A stretch of DNA of 64,000 nucleotides from Mytilus californianus (Eukaryota), in contig NW_026262581.1 in assembly GCF_021869535.1 (NCBI RefSeq), forward strand, positions 128,712,001 through 128,776,000, written 5' to 3'. The translations under genes were made by a program, and so were the position numbers. Positions 48,401 to 56,112 of this stretch are shown here, piece after piece. Each line of letters begins with the position of its first letter. Position 1 is the stretch's first letter. The notes below the pieces were generated by a model. The model was given only the letters and a program-made list of their open reading frames with translations, had not been told where the DNA came from and did not search any database.

Positions 48401-49577
48401 AAAAAATATTGGATATTCAGATACATGGCTTTGACTTTTAGAAAATTAATGTGGAATATGTATTTTTTGTTATCTTTTTCAAAGTAGAGTATTGTGATTG
48501 GGGATCATGATTTCAAGAAATTTATCTCTTTCTGTATTAGTGTGATATATTTATATAAATTTATCAATTATATCACTGATCCAGACTTCAATGTTTTTTT
48601 TTTTCATCTAATTACAGAAACCAGGTTTTAGGTGATCTTTTTGAAAGGACTTTTTTCTAACAAAAGCAATTTCAACTTATTTAGGAGAGTCAATGAATAG
48701 TTATTTAGCCTGCAATTTCATACAGATGCAAATTGAAGATTTTGTAACAACAAGAAATACAAAAATAAGCCTGAATTAGATTCCCTATCAAAGTATTTTA
48801 ATTGGATGATAGACAGCTCCAAGTTTTATTGTTTACCTGACAGTAATCTATCATTTGAAGTTGTTTCTATGTGTAGATGGTTTACCTGAGTAATCTATCT
48901 TTTGAAGTTGTTTCTATGTTTAAATGGTTAACCTGACAGTAATCTATCTTTTGAAGTTGTTTCTATGTTTAGACGGTTTACCTGACAGTAATCTATCTTT
49001 TGAAGTTGTTTCTATGTTTAGATGGTTTACAGTTATTAACACTAACCAAAATTAAAAAGCTTTTGAGGGAAAAATCAATAAAATTATGTTGTTAACAATA
49101 ATTTTATATCTTGAATTTTCATCCAGTATATGAAATATAGTGTTGGTTTATATTAGAAGGGCTAATTAGAGGATAGATAACTATTATGCAATAGATTAAG
49201 CTTTCTCTAGGAAAAAACTTCTTCATAAAGGGTATTTCTTCTTTCAATTACTCAAAATAAGATATTACGGTTACAGAAACCTCAATAAATTGTGTATGTA
49301 TGTTTTGTTCTTTCCAGCTACCCCTGTAAGTCGCAGCTCGAGTAGAGCTAGTACAAGTAGTCGACCACCAAGTCGTGCAGACAGTGAGGCATCAGAAGCC
49401 AGTGAACCAGAAATCTTTACAACAGTGCAACAAGAGACAAAAAATCTGGGTGGTCGTAACACCACAACTATGACATACCAAACTCATGTGATACAAACAC
49501 GTAGAACTTCAACCCCAACATCAGCCTCCAAAAAAGTATCAAAAATACCAAAACCATCTCCAGCACGGAAAAAATAA
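1..49577 (+). CDS. DST/MACF1: Spectraplakin (dystonin/MACF1/short stop orthologue), 3' portion: 51 coding exons, 5' part lies upstream of the window
   Basis: Exons chain with GT-AG boundaries and matching phases into one frame of 10,047 nt. Spectrin repeats with periodic W/L; conserved [17 protein letters not shown] segment; EF loops [12 protein letters not shown] and [12 protein letters not shown]; GAR signature [39 protein letters not shown]; [10 protein letters not shown]; terminal SKIP. Confidence 0.97.
1360..1483 (+). CDS. Exon w2
   Basis: AG|[11 protein letters not shown]...[10 protein letters not shown]|GTAAGT; phase 0-1. Confidence 0.9.
1545..1885. repeat. Decayed TA-flanked MITE whose right end is tandemly repeated (about 43-bp unit, about 4 copies from 1703)
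   Basis: tacagtgaaacct... left end; repeated gatttagacaggttttactatatct. Confidence 0.5.
2152..2310 (+). CDS. Exon w3, Ser/Pro-rich insert in rod
   Basis: AG|(R)[17 protein letters not shown]...SDNFNLE|GTAAAT; phase 1-1. Confidence 0.8.
2569..2804 (+). CDS. Exon w4
   Basis: (D)[10 protein letters not shown]...KKQLKLQE; AG/GT; phase 1-0. Confidence 0.93.
3429..3558 (+). CDS. Exon w5
   Basis: [10 protein letters not shown]...QQQFAEL; AG/GT; phase 0-1. Confidence 0.93.
3755..4277 (+). mobile_element. HINE/pearl-like non-autonomous element, family B
   Basis: 5' hairpin ccctgcacgacacgttgcagggg; internal repeats; 3' end ggacattggaactctgttcttttatt matches the reverse copy at 61021-62344. Confidence 0.75.
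4282..4814 (+). CDS. Exon w6
   Basis: (D)[10 protein letters not shown]...QRQIHRLQ; AG/GT; phase 1-0. Confidence 0.95.
4985..5147 (+). CDS. Exon w7
   Basis: [10 protein letters not shown]...TEMESIL; AG/GT; phase 0-1. Confidence 0.93.
5437..5603 (+). CDS. Exon w8
   Basis: (A)[10 protein letters not shown]...EQSLQQK; AG/GT; phase 1-0. Confidence 0.93.
5715..6350 (+). mobile_element. 5'-truncated HINE-type element
   Basis: Repeated atctgaccttgacctcattttcatgg and gtcaactatatttggtgtatggaatg units; ends gtgtgcactcttgt. Confidence 0.55.
6351..7335 (+). mobile_element. HINE/pearl-like element with about five 168-bp internal repeats
   Basis: 5' hairpin ataccccacgcaacgagttgcggagggtat; (TGTC/CGTC)n microsatellite; unit starts at 6456, 6625, 6793, 6960, 7127. 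Confidence 0.85.
7562..7891 (+). CDS. Exon w9
   Basis: [10 protein letters not shown]...KKLKDAQ; AG/GT; phase 0-0. Confidence 0.95.
8204..8354 (+). CDS. Exon w10
   Basis: [10 protein letters not shown]...RWENLSQ; AG/GT; phase 0-1. Confidence 0.93.
8816..8985 (+). CDS. Exon w11
   Basis: (A)[10 protein letters not shown]...KHIDKIK; AG/GT; phase 1-0. Confidence 0.93.
9068..9704. mobile_element. Hairpin-ended non-autonomous element, possibly Crypton-type
   Basis: About 142-bp near-perfect palindrome at 9068-9209; inverted 13-mers ttatcacatattt (9210) and aaatatgtgataa (9692); family assignment is inference. Confidence 0.55.
9786..10070 (+). mobile_element. Short HINE/pearl-like element
   Basis: 5' hairpin acccccgctttaaaaaagtggggg; tgtc/cgtc microsatellite; 3' gtgagcagtagcttgcagtttcact. 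Confidence 0.75.
10163..10369 (+). CDS. Exon w12
   Basis: [10 protein letters not shown]...MVLTQYQ; AG/GT; phase 0-0. Confidence 0.92.
10659..10772 (+). CDS. Exon w13
   Basis: [10 protein letters not shown]...GQQRENE; AG/GT; phase 0-0. Confidence 0.9.
12006..12020 (+). CDS. Candidate 15-nt microexon in the rod (between w13 and w14)
   Basis: caTGCcattttacAG|NVCIL|GTAAGT; phase 0-0; GCATG about 70 nt downstream. Confidence 0.35.
12983..13093 (+). CDS. Exon w14
   Basis: [10 protein letters not shown]...DTGVLSP; AG/GT; phase 0-0. Confidence 0.9.
13297..13509 (+). CDS. Exon w15
   Basis: [10 protein letters not shown]...RQQEELK; AG/GT; phase 0-0. Confidence 0.93.
13604..16890 (+). mobile_element. 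HINE/pearl-like element carrying about 18 copies of a 166-bp satellite monomer
   Basis: Subterminal agctcacctg ... caggtgagc inverted motifs; 5' hairpin ggcccaaagggcc; (CGT)n; 3' hairpin aggctcttgagagcct then ctagtt; monomer spacing 166 (13728 to 13894). Confidence 0.92.
17064..17225 (+). CDS. Exon w16
   Basis: [10 protein letters not shown]...WSELNEK; AG/GT; phase 0-0. Confidence 0.93.
17617..17787 (+). CDS. Exon w17
   Basis: [10 protein letters not shown]...AQLQEQK; AG/GT; phase 0-0. Confidence 0.94.
18150..18476 (+). CDS. Exon w18
   Basis: [10 protein letters not shown]...NIITSLK; AG/GT; phase 0-0. Confidence 0.94.
18739..18823 (+). CDS. Exon w19
   Basis: [10 protein letters not shown]...LQKYCS; AG/GT; phase 0-1. 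Confidence 0.88.
19376..19599 (+). CDS. Exon w20
   Basis: (G)QDADTLDKK...EAFEQVQ; AG/GT; phase 1-0. Confidence 0.9.
20115..20321 (+). CDS. Exon w21
   Basis: [10 protein letters not shown]...TKQRSSE; AG/GT; phase 0-0. Confidence 0.93.
20872..20991 (+). CDS. Exon w22
   Basis: [12 protein letters not shown]...KQIAEQK; AG/GT; phase 0-0. Confidence 0.92.
21302..21628 (+). CDS. Exon w23
   Basis: [10 protein letters not shown]...RQQDQVK; AG/GT; phase 0-0. Confidence 0.94.
21845..22051 (+). CDS. Exon w24
   Basis: [10 protein letters not shown]...ALQQSAE; AG/GT; phase 0-0. Confidence 0.93.
22595..22714 (+). CDS. Exon w25
   Basis: [10 protein letters not shown]...EQLAENK; AG/GT; phase 0-0. Confidence 0.92.
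22933..23289 (+). mobile_element. Full-length tRNA-derived SINE (probably Meta-domain type) with 15-bp TSD
   Basis: A box tggtctcgtgg, B box ggttcgaaccc, (CAT)n tail; TSD attatacaatgattt at 22918-22932 and 23290-23304; Meta assignment from recalled ggtcaaaccaaagac motif. Confidence 0.88.
23462..23570 (+). CDS. Exon w26
   Basis: [10 protein letters not shown]...QDEAVK; AG/GT; phase 0-1. Confidence 0.92.
23787..24013 (+). CDS. Exon w27
   Basis: (D)[10 protein letters not shown]...EQQDYME; AG/GT; phase 1-0. Confidence 0.93.
24913..25137 (+). CDS. Exon w28
   Basis: [10 protein letters not shown]...HFQDELM; AG/GT; phase 0-0. Confidence 0.93.
25552..25653 (+). CDS. Exon w29
   Basis: [10 protein letters not shown]...IQWNQVK; AG/GT; phase 0-0. 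Confidence 0.9.
25941..26810 (-). mobile_element. tRNA-derived SINE (V-domain/RUDI-like), split by an insertion at 26041-26666
   Basis: Minus strand reads ggcatcggtggccaag, B box gagttcgaatcc, ttccggcttcctccacc, (CAAT)n tail; imperfect TSD tgtttaataca/tggttaataca. Confidence 0.75.
26041..26666 (+). mobile_element. 3'-end fragment of a Penelope-like retroelement family nested in the SINE
   Basis: Ends gttgtctcattggcactcatacc, as do the fragment at 47468-47573 and the minus-strand remnant ending at 54973. Confidence 0.55.
26889..27059 (+). CDS. Exon w30
   Basis: [10 protein letters not shown]...EGLGDRE; AG/GT; phase 0-0. Confidence 0.93.
27425..27580 (+). CDS. Exon w31
   Basis: [13 protein letters not shown]...IELAKLK; AG/GT; phase 0-0. 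Confidence 0.94.
27984..28178 (+). CDS. Exon w32
   Basis: [10 protein letters not shown]...LKDALRE; AG/GT; phase 0-0. Confidence 0.93.
28498..28626 (+). CDS. Exon w33
   Basis: [10 protein letters not shown]...[15 protein letters not shown]; AG/GT; phase 0-0. Confidence 0.93.
28695..28988. mobile_element. Fold-back MITE, TA target duplication (Tc1/mariner-like)
   Basis: TA|CAGCTCTT...AAGAGCTG|TA; about 135-bp arms, imperfect palindrome along nearly the whole element. Confidence 0.85.
29226..29396 (+). CDS. Exon w34
   Basis: [10 protein letters not shown]...TRAEDRK; AG/GT; phase 0-0. Confidence 0.92.
29674..29829 (+). CDS. Exon w35
   Basis: [10 protein letters not shown]...VQIEDHK; AG/GT; phase 0-0. 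Confidence 0.93.
30126..30332 (+). CDS. Exon w36
   Basis: [10 protein letters not shown]...[17 protein letters not shown]...GYKEAKQ; AG/GT; phase 0-0. Confidence 0.96.
30536..30655 (+). CDS. Exon w37
   Basis: [12 protein letters not shown]...AEIAKHK; AG/GT; phase 0-0. Confidence 0.93.
31099..31265 (+). CDS. Exon w38
   Basis: [10 protein letters not shown]...CSKSVD; AG/GT; phase 0-2. Confidence 0.93.
31538..31697 (+). CDS. Exon w39
   Basis: (R)[14 protein letters not shown]...LMESHK; AG/GT; phase 2-0. Confidence 0.95.
31838..32745. mobile_element. Non-autonomous Tc1/pogo-type DNA transposon
   Basis: TA|CCGTAGAAAGGCTTGTATAGT ... ACTATACAAGCCTTTCTACGG|TA; no transposase ORF. Confidence 0.85.
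33232..33426 (+). CDS. Exon w40
   Basis: [10 protein letters not shown]...LEQAHKL; AAG acceptor, GT donor; phase 0-0. Confidence 0.92.
33857..33985 (+). CDS. Exon w41
   Basis: [10 protein letters not shown]...KHIEDHK; AG/GT; phase 0-0. Confidence 0.93.
34259..34402 (+). CDS. Exon w42
   Basis: [10 protein letters not shown]...[22 protein letters not shown]; AG/GT; phase 0-0. Confidence 0.95.
34890..35078 (+). CDS. Exon w43
   Basis: [10 protein letters not shown]...LIKDHQ; AG/GT; phase 0-0. Confidence 0.93.
35582..35736 (+). CDS. Exon w44, last spectrin repeat insert with SYIP motif
   Basis: [14 protein letters not shown]...PASYIPVLR...PVKLTP; AG/GT; phase 0-2. Confidence 0.9.
36119..36429 (+). 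CDS. Exon w45, end of rod plus EF-hand 1
   Basis: (R)[10 protein letters not shown]...[46 protein letters not shown]; phase 2-1. Confidence 0.96.
36580..36698 (+). CDS. Exon w46, EF-hand 2
   Basis: (K)[39 protein letters not shown]; phase 1-0. Confidence 0.95.
36809..36890. repeat. 21-bp tandem repeat, about 4 copies
   Basis: atgacagcattgtttacacat repeated. Confidence 0.8.
36929..37136. mobile_element. 208-bp MITE with 19-bp TIRs
   Basis: aataaacgtatttacactt ... aagtgtaaatacgtctatt (18/19 match). Confidence 0.7.
37266..37382 (+). CDS. Exon w47, GAR domain N-half
   Basis: [39 protein letters not shown]; CxC zinc ligands; phase 0-0. Confidence 0.96.
37873..37905 (+). CDS. Candidate cassette microexon inside GAR domain (33 nt, or 15 nt from acceptor at 37890)
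   Basis: tttatgtttctAG|[11 protein letters not shown]|GTGAGA; phase 0-0; GCATG shortly downstream. Confidence 0.5.
39138..40011. mobile_element. Non-autonomous TIR element with 8-bp TSD (hAT or P superfamily)
   Basis: TIR catacctgccaacc / ggttggcaggtatg; TSD gttattta at 39130-39137 and 40012-40019. Confidence 0.88.
40160..40231 (+). CDS. Candidate cassette exon inside GAR domain (72 nt, or 33 nt from acceptor at 40198)
   Basis: ccttttattgcattcAG|[13 protein letters not shown](AG|)[11 protein letters not shown]|GTAAAA; both acceptors in frame, no stop, phase 0-0. Confidence 0.45.
41018..41068 (+). CDS. Weak candidate cassette exon inside GAR domain (51 nt)
   Basis: Long pyrimidine tract with TGCATG, then AAG|[17 protein letters not shown]|GTCAGT; phase 0-0. 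Confidence 0.3.
41192..41309 (+). CDS. Exon w48, GAR domain C-half
   Basis: [39 protein letters not shown]; phase 0-1. Confidence 0.98.
41815..41847 (+). CDS. Candidate cassette microexon after GAR (33 nt)
   Basis: tattctaaacacAG|(D)[10 protein letters not shown]+T|GTAAGT; phase 1-1. Confidence 0.55.
42648..42704 (+). CDS. Candidate cassette exon after GAR (57 nt)
   Basis: ttgcttctttttctttccacaAG|(V)[18 protein letters not shown]+A|GTATGT; phase 1-1; GC-richer than the flanks. Confidence 0.7.
43346..44364. repeat. 29-bp minisatellite, about 35 copies
   Basis: Unit gttgacttactgatatgttgcctgaccat. Confidence 0.92.
44641..44822 (+). CDS. Exon w49, post-GAR tail
   Basis: (A)[25 protein letters not shown]...[11 protein letters not shown]|GTTAGT; phase 1-0. 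Confidence 0.95.
45021..45700 (+). repeat. 75-bp minisatellite derived from the 3' end and donor of exon w49, 9 copies
   Basis: Unit contains caatcaccaagtactgccacaagatccattacaaag|gtgagt, versus exon cgatcaccaagttctgctactggacccattaccaag|gttagt. Confidence 0.88.
46148..46183 (+). CDS. Candidate microexon A in C-tail (36 nt)
   Basis: tttctgttaaTGCaatcAG|[12 protein letters not shown]|GTAAGC; phase 0-0. Confidence 0.65.
46457..46489 (+). CDS. Candidate microexon B1 in C-tail (33/30 nt, NAGNAG acceptor)
   Basis: tactaat branch motif, aattaaTGCAG|CAG|[10 protein letters not shown]|GTAAGT; phase 0-0. Confidence 0.7.
47181..47213 (+). CDS. Candidate microexon B2, identical duplicate of B1
   Basis: Same 33-nt sequence and splice sites as 46457-46489, 724 bp downstream. 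Confidence 0.6.
47646..48090 (+). mobile_element. HINE/pearl-like element
   Basis: 5' hairpin atgcccccgccgtagcggagggggcat; tgtc/cgtc microsatellite; two internal repeats; 3' gcaggggcatc. Confidence 0.8.
48231..48366 (+). CDS. Exon w50, C-tail
   Basis: [14 protein letters not shown]...DIMKSP|GTCAGT; phase 0-1; continues the GPITK-IRE motif. Confidence 0.88.
48831..49030. repeat. 49-bp tandem repeat, about 4 copies
   Basis: gtttacctgacagtaatctatcttttgaagttgtttctatgtttagatg. Confidence 0.85.
49318..49577 (+). CDS. Terminal exon w51, Ser/Arg-rich tail with SxIP
   Basis: (A)[22 protein letters not shown]...[13 protein letters not shown]; TAA at 49575-49577. Confidence 0.95.
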
Positions 49578-50372
49578 TTCATTATTCATATAGGATGTTT
49601 ATTTAATTTTGCTGCTTTAGTTCTCGTAAAAGCAGACTATCGGTATGCCTGTAATTATGACATTTTGTTACCATGTTACATGTGAAACCTGCAAAAAAAA
49701 GATGGAAATACTTATAATATGGGAAAATTGCTAGGTTATTTAAATATCAAGCTTGTGATATTAAGCATTTAGATCATATTCCATTGCTGTCATTAATTAT
49801 ATCTTCATTATGTGATACTAAATTCCATATTTTTGTTATATGTATATAGTTATTTATACACAGATTAAAGCTTTATAATTGTATATACTAGAGTAAACAA
49901 TTTTTCTATCTTGTTTGATGTGGAAGAAAGAATGCATGTTATTAGATAATTGTTTTTGAGATAGTTGAAATGATTGGTTACTGTTTGGTGAAGTCTTGAA
50001 TTTGATTGGTGTATATTTGATAAAGGGAGAAACTATTAAATTGGTGCTGCTGCTGTTGTTATTAGATATGAAATCATTTCTCCCTTTATCAGATTTTCAA
50101 GTCAATGATGCAAAATTGAGTACTTCAAATTATTTCTTCTTTTGCTAAATAACAGAAAAGTTTATCAATCAGTTGACTTTATATGTATTTTGTAATTTAG
50201 CAACAAATTTTTATGATATGTCTCTGACATGTCTGAAGTGCTATATCATTCCTATGTATGTTGTATGAATGGTTACCATGACTACAGGGTGTGATTTTTT
50301 TTAGTATGTATATATTATCTATATATATATATATGTACTGCCTTGCTATATGTAAGCAAGTAAAAGCGACAC

Positions 50373-50378
50373 AATAAA
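50373..50378 (+). terminator. Probable polyadenylation signal of the spectraplakin 3' UTR
   Basis: AATAAA about 800 nt after the stop, followed by a T/GT-rich tract. Confidence 0.55.
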
Positions 50379-51280
50379 AGAATCTCACATATTTGTATAG
50401 TATTTGTTACCATGCCAACACAGTTAACTGTCTTGAAACAGAAGGGATGAAACCATCAATCTTGGTCTAAAAAAATGCCCAGTCTACTAAGAAGTACATG
50501 ATGTTCCTTGGCTTTTTTTTTTTTTTTTTTTTTACGCATAATGATTTTGTGTATAAATTGATACACAATATCATCTCTTATCCATCACATTTTTCACTCA
50601 CCTGGCTAAAATAGTTAGTGTGGGCTATTTCCATTACTTGAACCTATTGAACACTTTCAGCAAATATTGCATTCATACCGCTTATTAATTACTTCATAAA
50701 AATAACTGTTTTCTGCTCAATTTCCAGCCCATCGGAGTAGTATGATTTTATTTTATGTATATGAAAAAAGGAATTATATGGGTTATATGTTAGAGACAAC
50801 AACCCAATGACAAAAAGACATCAGAGATTTGTCTATACAATGTCAAGTTCTAAATCTGCTTGTGTCTATAAAAGTTGAGAATAAATTTAACAGGCAATCA
50901 TAGATCTGCATTTAACATCAAATTCTCCAAATAAGGAAACACATTAAGATATGACATAACACAACTACTGAAAAGGTTCCTGACTTTGGGACAGGCACTT
51001 AAACATGTGGTAGGGTTCAACTAGTTTTTGAAATCTCAACCGTCCCCCTTTTTTGGTCGGATTGCAGTGTGGTGATGTCAGATGGGAAGCTGGGAAAACT
51101 TGACACCTAATATGTGTAATCAACTCCTCCTACTGTTTTAACCCATATCTCTGAAATTCATAGAGTGATCCACATATATTGAAGTTGTGCACCTGTTATT
51201 ATGGTATTGTTTGAGGAATTTTCCCTTTTTTTCAGACTTTGGAACTTAGCCATTTCTTCAGAAAAAAATTTCAATAGATT

Positions 51281-52004
51281 TTTTAGTCCCCTACCGACGA
51301 AGTCAAAGGGGACTTTAGGTTTGCACTCTGATCGTCTGTCTGTTCATCCATCCATCCGTCAGTCCGGCAAAACAGTTTTCCACACTTTTTCTTTGTGCTT
51401 GAAGATATTTGGTATATAGTTTAATCATGACAAGTTACAGATCAAGTTCGAATTTTGTTCTGGTCTAATGATTTTGTTCAGAGTTATGGTCCTTTGACTT
51501 AGAAAATTCACTCAAATAATCAGTTTCCCGCACTTTTTTTTATCATGCTTAAAGATATTGATTTGATAATTGGTACATAGTTTTATTATGACAAGTGACA
51601 GATCAAGTTCGAATTTTGTTCCAGTCTGATGATTTTGTGCAGCGTTATGGTCCTTGGATTTAGAAAATTTACTCAATTAATCAGTTTTCCGCCCTTTTTT
51701 TTTGTCATGCTTGAAGATATTGATTTAATAATTGGTATATAGTTTTGTCATGACAAGTTACAGATCAAGTTTGAATTTTGTTCCGGTCTGATGAATTTGT
51801 GCAGAGTTATGGTCCTTGGACTTAGAAAATTCACTCAAATAATCAGTTTTCCACTTTTTTTCGTCGTTTTTCATTGACTTAATATTTTTTATATAGTTTA
51901 CACCATGATAAGTTGCGGATCAAGTTAGCATTTTGTTCTAGACTAAGAATTTTTAACCGGTAGGGGACTATGTATTGCCATGCAATACTCTCAGAATGCT
52001 TGTT
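51281..52004 (+). mobile_element. HINE family C with about 161-bp internal repeats
   Basis: Subterminal agtcccctaccg / cggtaggggact; 3' hairpin gtattgccatgcaatac; reverse short copy at 61928-62075. Confidence 0.85.
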
Positions 52005-52478
52005 TTTTTTAACTTCCGATCTTTGGAACTTTACAGAAAGTTTGCAAACCAATTGAGGCTGTGCACCTTTCATTATGGAGTTGTTTAAAGATTTGTTACT
52101 CATTTTTTAAATGTTTAAAGGAGCATTAGCTTATAGATAAAAATAAAATATGATTTTTTTTTGTTCAAACTTTAATGAAAGTGAAATAGTTTTCGCTTTT
52201 AGCAGCCAGTTTGGTTCAGTTTTGTCAAAATAGGCAAAGAAACATCGCTAAAGAATTATTCACTTGCAAGTGAATATTTCGACCTCATTAAATCCATATT
52301 CATGTGAACTTCAATTGAACCCCTCAGCTAGAGATGGATTACGCATGAACTAGGCATGTTCAGCTATTAAAAAGAAAAGAATGTCAACATTTGAAGTGAA
52401 ACAAGGGTAAACCATTTGGTTGACTGATTCGATCTTCAAAAACTCATTCTTATACAGGTAAAAACGATTATTAACATA

Positions 52479-54394
52479 TTTTTATACGACCGCAAAAAAA
52501 TTTTTGTGGTCGTATATTGGTATGACGTTGGCGTCGTCGTCGTCCGTAGACACATTGGTTTTCGCACTCTAACTTTAGTTTAAGTGAATGGATCTCTATG
52601 AAATTTTACTACAAGGTTCAATACCACAAAAGGAAGGTTGGGATTGATTTTGGGGTTATGGTACCAACAGTAAAGGAATTAGGGGCCAAAAATAAGCATT
52701 TTTGTAACTTCCAGACAATAACTTGTGTTCAAGTGTATGGATCTCTCTGAAGTTGTACTGCAAGGTACCATACCACAAAGGGAAGGCTGGGATTGATGAT
52801 GGGGGTAATTGCCTCAATATTTTAGGAATTAGGGGCAAAAAAGGGGCAAAAAACAAGCATTTTTCTAGTTTCAGGACAATAACTTGTGTGTAAGTGTATG
52901 GATCTTTCTGAAATTGTACTACAAGGTTCCATATCACAAAGGGAAAGCTGGGTTTGAGTTTGGGGGTAATTGCCCTAAACGTTTAGGAATTTGGGGCCAA
53001 AAAACACATTTTTCTAGTTTCCAGACAATAACTTGTGTTCAAGTGTATGGATCTCTCTGAAATTGTACTGCAAGGTACCATACCACAAAGGGAAGGCTGG
53101 GATTGAGTTTGGGGGTGATGAATGATGAATCATAAGGGGGTTCAAAAAATTTTGGGGGGGGATTTTTTTTTTTTTCATTTTTTTTCTTTTTTTCATTTTT
53201 TTTTCTTTTAAAATTTTCCATTTTAAGTTGGTTATTTCTGATTTATATTTAAAAGCAAATAATTATGATATGGTAGGAGATACACACCAAACAGGATGTG
53301 TAAATTATTATATATAATAAGTATTGTGCAATAGCAAGAAATTTTCAATTGCACAGTAATGCACAATAGCAAGAAATCTTCAATTGCACAGTATTGCGCA
53401 ATAGCAAGAAATCTTCAATTGCACAGTATTGCGCAATAGCAAGAAATATCCAATAGCACAATATTGGGCAATAGCAAGAAATTGTCAATTGTACAGTATT
53501 GCGCAATAGCAAGAAATATTTAATTGCACAGTATTGTGCAAAAGAAGATACTTCATATAAATTGCTTATTTCTTGACCAATTTCAATGGGGTTTTATTCT
53601 TGAATTCTTGGGGTTCTTTAATATGCTGAATCTAACCGTGTATTTAGTTTTTGGATTTTGGGCCCCGTTTTAAATTGGTCCACATTGAGGTCCAAAGGGT
53701 CCAAAATTAAACTTTGTTTGATTTCATCAAAAATTGAATTATTGGGGTTCTTTGATATGCCGAATCTAACCATGTATTTAGATTCTTAATTTTTGGTTCT
53801 GTTTTCAAATTGGTCTACATAAAGGTCCAAAGGGTCCAAAATTAAACTTAGTTTGATTTTAACAAAAATTGAATTCTTAGGGTTCTTTGATATGCTGAAT
53901 CTAAACATGTCTTTAGATTTTTGATTATGGGCCCAGTTTTCAAGTTGGTCCAAATCGGGGTCCAAAATTAAACTTTGTTTGATTTCAACAAAAATTGAAT
54001 ATATGGGGTTCTTTGATATTCTGAATCTAACCATGTATTTAGATTTTTGATTTTTGGGCCCCGTTATCAACTTTGTCCACATTGAGGTCAAAAGGGTCCA
54101 AAATTAAACTTTGTTTGATTTCATCAAAAATTGAATTCTTGGGGTTCTTTGATATGCTGAATCTAACCATGTATTTAGATTTTGGATATTGGACCATAAT
54201 AGGTGAATGTTCAATTTAAAATTTTTAAGTTCTTAAACCACATTCATTCTGTGCAGAAACCTATTCTGTGTCAAATATTTAATCACAATCCAAATGCAAA
54301 GCTGTATCAAGCTTGAATGTTGTGTCCATACTTGCCCCAACTGTTCAGGGTTCAACCTCTGCGGTCGTATCAAGCTGCGCCCTGCGGAGCATTT
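52479..54394 (+). mobile_element. HINE family A, composite copy with three internal arrays
   Basis: 5' tatacgaccgcaaaa hairpin; (CGT)n; about 135-bp, 35-bp (6 copies) and about 130-bp arrays; 3' gcggtcgtatcaagctgcgcc. Confidence 0.85.
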
Positions 54395-55193
54395 TATTTA
54401 AACCTATAATATGAAATCAAACAGACCTAGAAAAATCCAATTGCACGAGTTCACTATCTATATCTTTGTTTATTATTTTATCAGGTTATATGAGCGTCGG
54501 CTGTCTTCGGAGGTCACCTCGATGGTTAATTAGATGGCGTCTAGACTAAAATAAACACAAAATGATGATACATATTATTGAGTCTTTGCATCAAAAATTG
54601 TTTATATTAGACTTTTTATTATCTAGATATACTTTTTATATGAGAATTTGAGTCAAATTGGTGAACATGAATTTGACAGCTAATGCAACTTAAAGAAACA
54701 ATCTGTGCAACCCAGCCATTGTCTGTCAGTAGATAAAAAGAAAAGATAAAATACAATACAATAAGAACCAAAACAGGATAAGCGCTTAACTCTAAAATAA
54801 TGGTTTATAGATATCAACAACATATAAAAATAGATAACAAAGTATACTTTATTCAAGAATGCTAGCAGTTACTGAGAGTACTTGACTTGATGATTAGAAA
54901 TCATGCTGTCCTACGCCTAATATGGATAGGTATACTTCAAAAAGGATTTCATACAACAATTCCACAATATATATGAAAATAAAAAGATGTGGTATGATTG
55001 CCAATGAGACAACTCTCCACCAGAGACCAAATGACAGAAGTCAACAACTATAGGTCACCATACTGCCTTCAACAATGAGCAAAACCCTTACCACACAGTA
55101 ATCTATAAAAGGCCCAGAAAAAGACAACAAACAAATGTAACACAATTCAAACAAGAAAACTAATGTCCTGATTTATGTACAAAACAAAAAACA

Positions 55194-55658
55194 AACTAGA
55201 CAAAGCGATGACCCCCACTCTGAAGTAGCTGTATTATAACGAAGTCAATGTGGGACTTTCTTTGAGATATTATTGTGTCTGGGAGACACAAATGATGCCC
55301 CCGCAGATGCAAAGTTTTATTTTTAAATACACAAAGTTGAGCATGGGAGCACATAGGTCTATGGTTCACTGTAGGAGGAGTTATCCGGAAACACTTATGC
55401 ACCTCTTATGCAAGTAAATACTCAAAAAAATGACAAAGTTCATCTATCTCCCAAAAGAGCAAATATCAATAAAAATTAATACCCTGACCACATGCACACC
55501 TTCAATATATGTACAAACAGCCGGCAAAGTGAAAACTTCCTAGCATTCAAACTAGGAGTTATCTGGAATAGCTATATACCCATAATGGAACGTAAGGATG
55601 GAGAGACGAACAGGGGTAAAACAATATGCCCCCCAACTTTCAGTTGCAGGGGCATAAA
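55194..55658 (-). mobile_element. HINE inserted into an A-run of the Penelope-like remnant
   Basis: aactag terminus; terminal hairpin atgccccccaactttcagttgcaggggcat; the host repeat resumes collinearly on both sides. Confidence 0.7.
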
Positions 55659-56112
55659 AAAACAAATATGATATACAGCAATAAATGACAACCACTGAAT
55701 TACAGGCTCCTGAATTTGGACAGGCACATACAGAATATGGAAGCTGTAAACATGTTTGCTGGTGCCCAACCCACTACATAACCTGAGACAATGGTGTAAC
55801 AGTACAGCATCAGAACAAACTATAAAAATCAGTTGAAAAGGGCTTAACTCACCAGATCGATACAAAGCACACAAAAAACTAACAAAAACACAAAAGACGC
55901 AAAAAACAGATCTGAGAGTATTCTCAGTTACAGAAAGCTAGTTCAAAGCCAATAACAACTTATAAAAAATTCATGTATCCAAGACTAAAATATTAATCTG
56001 CACACATCCAACATCCAATGGATTTAGTGTAAAGATGTCATTTACAGTCTGAGAAAATCAGGGCCTTGTACAAAGCCAAAAAATAGGTATGGACAGATTG
56101 TAGGACCTATGT

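Noticed and set aside
48618-48631. Strong-looking acceptor giving ...SPETRF* (tail lacking SKIP)
   Set aside because: No nearby convincing polyadenylation context or frame-preserving donor; cannot be supported without transcripts
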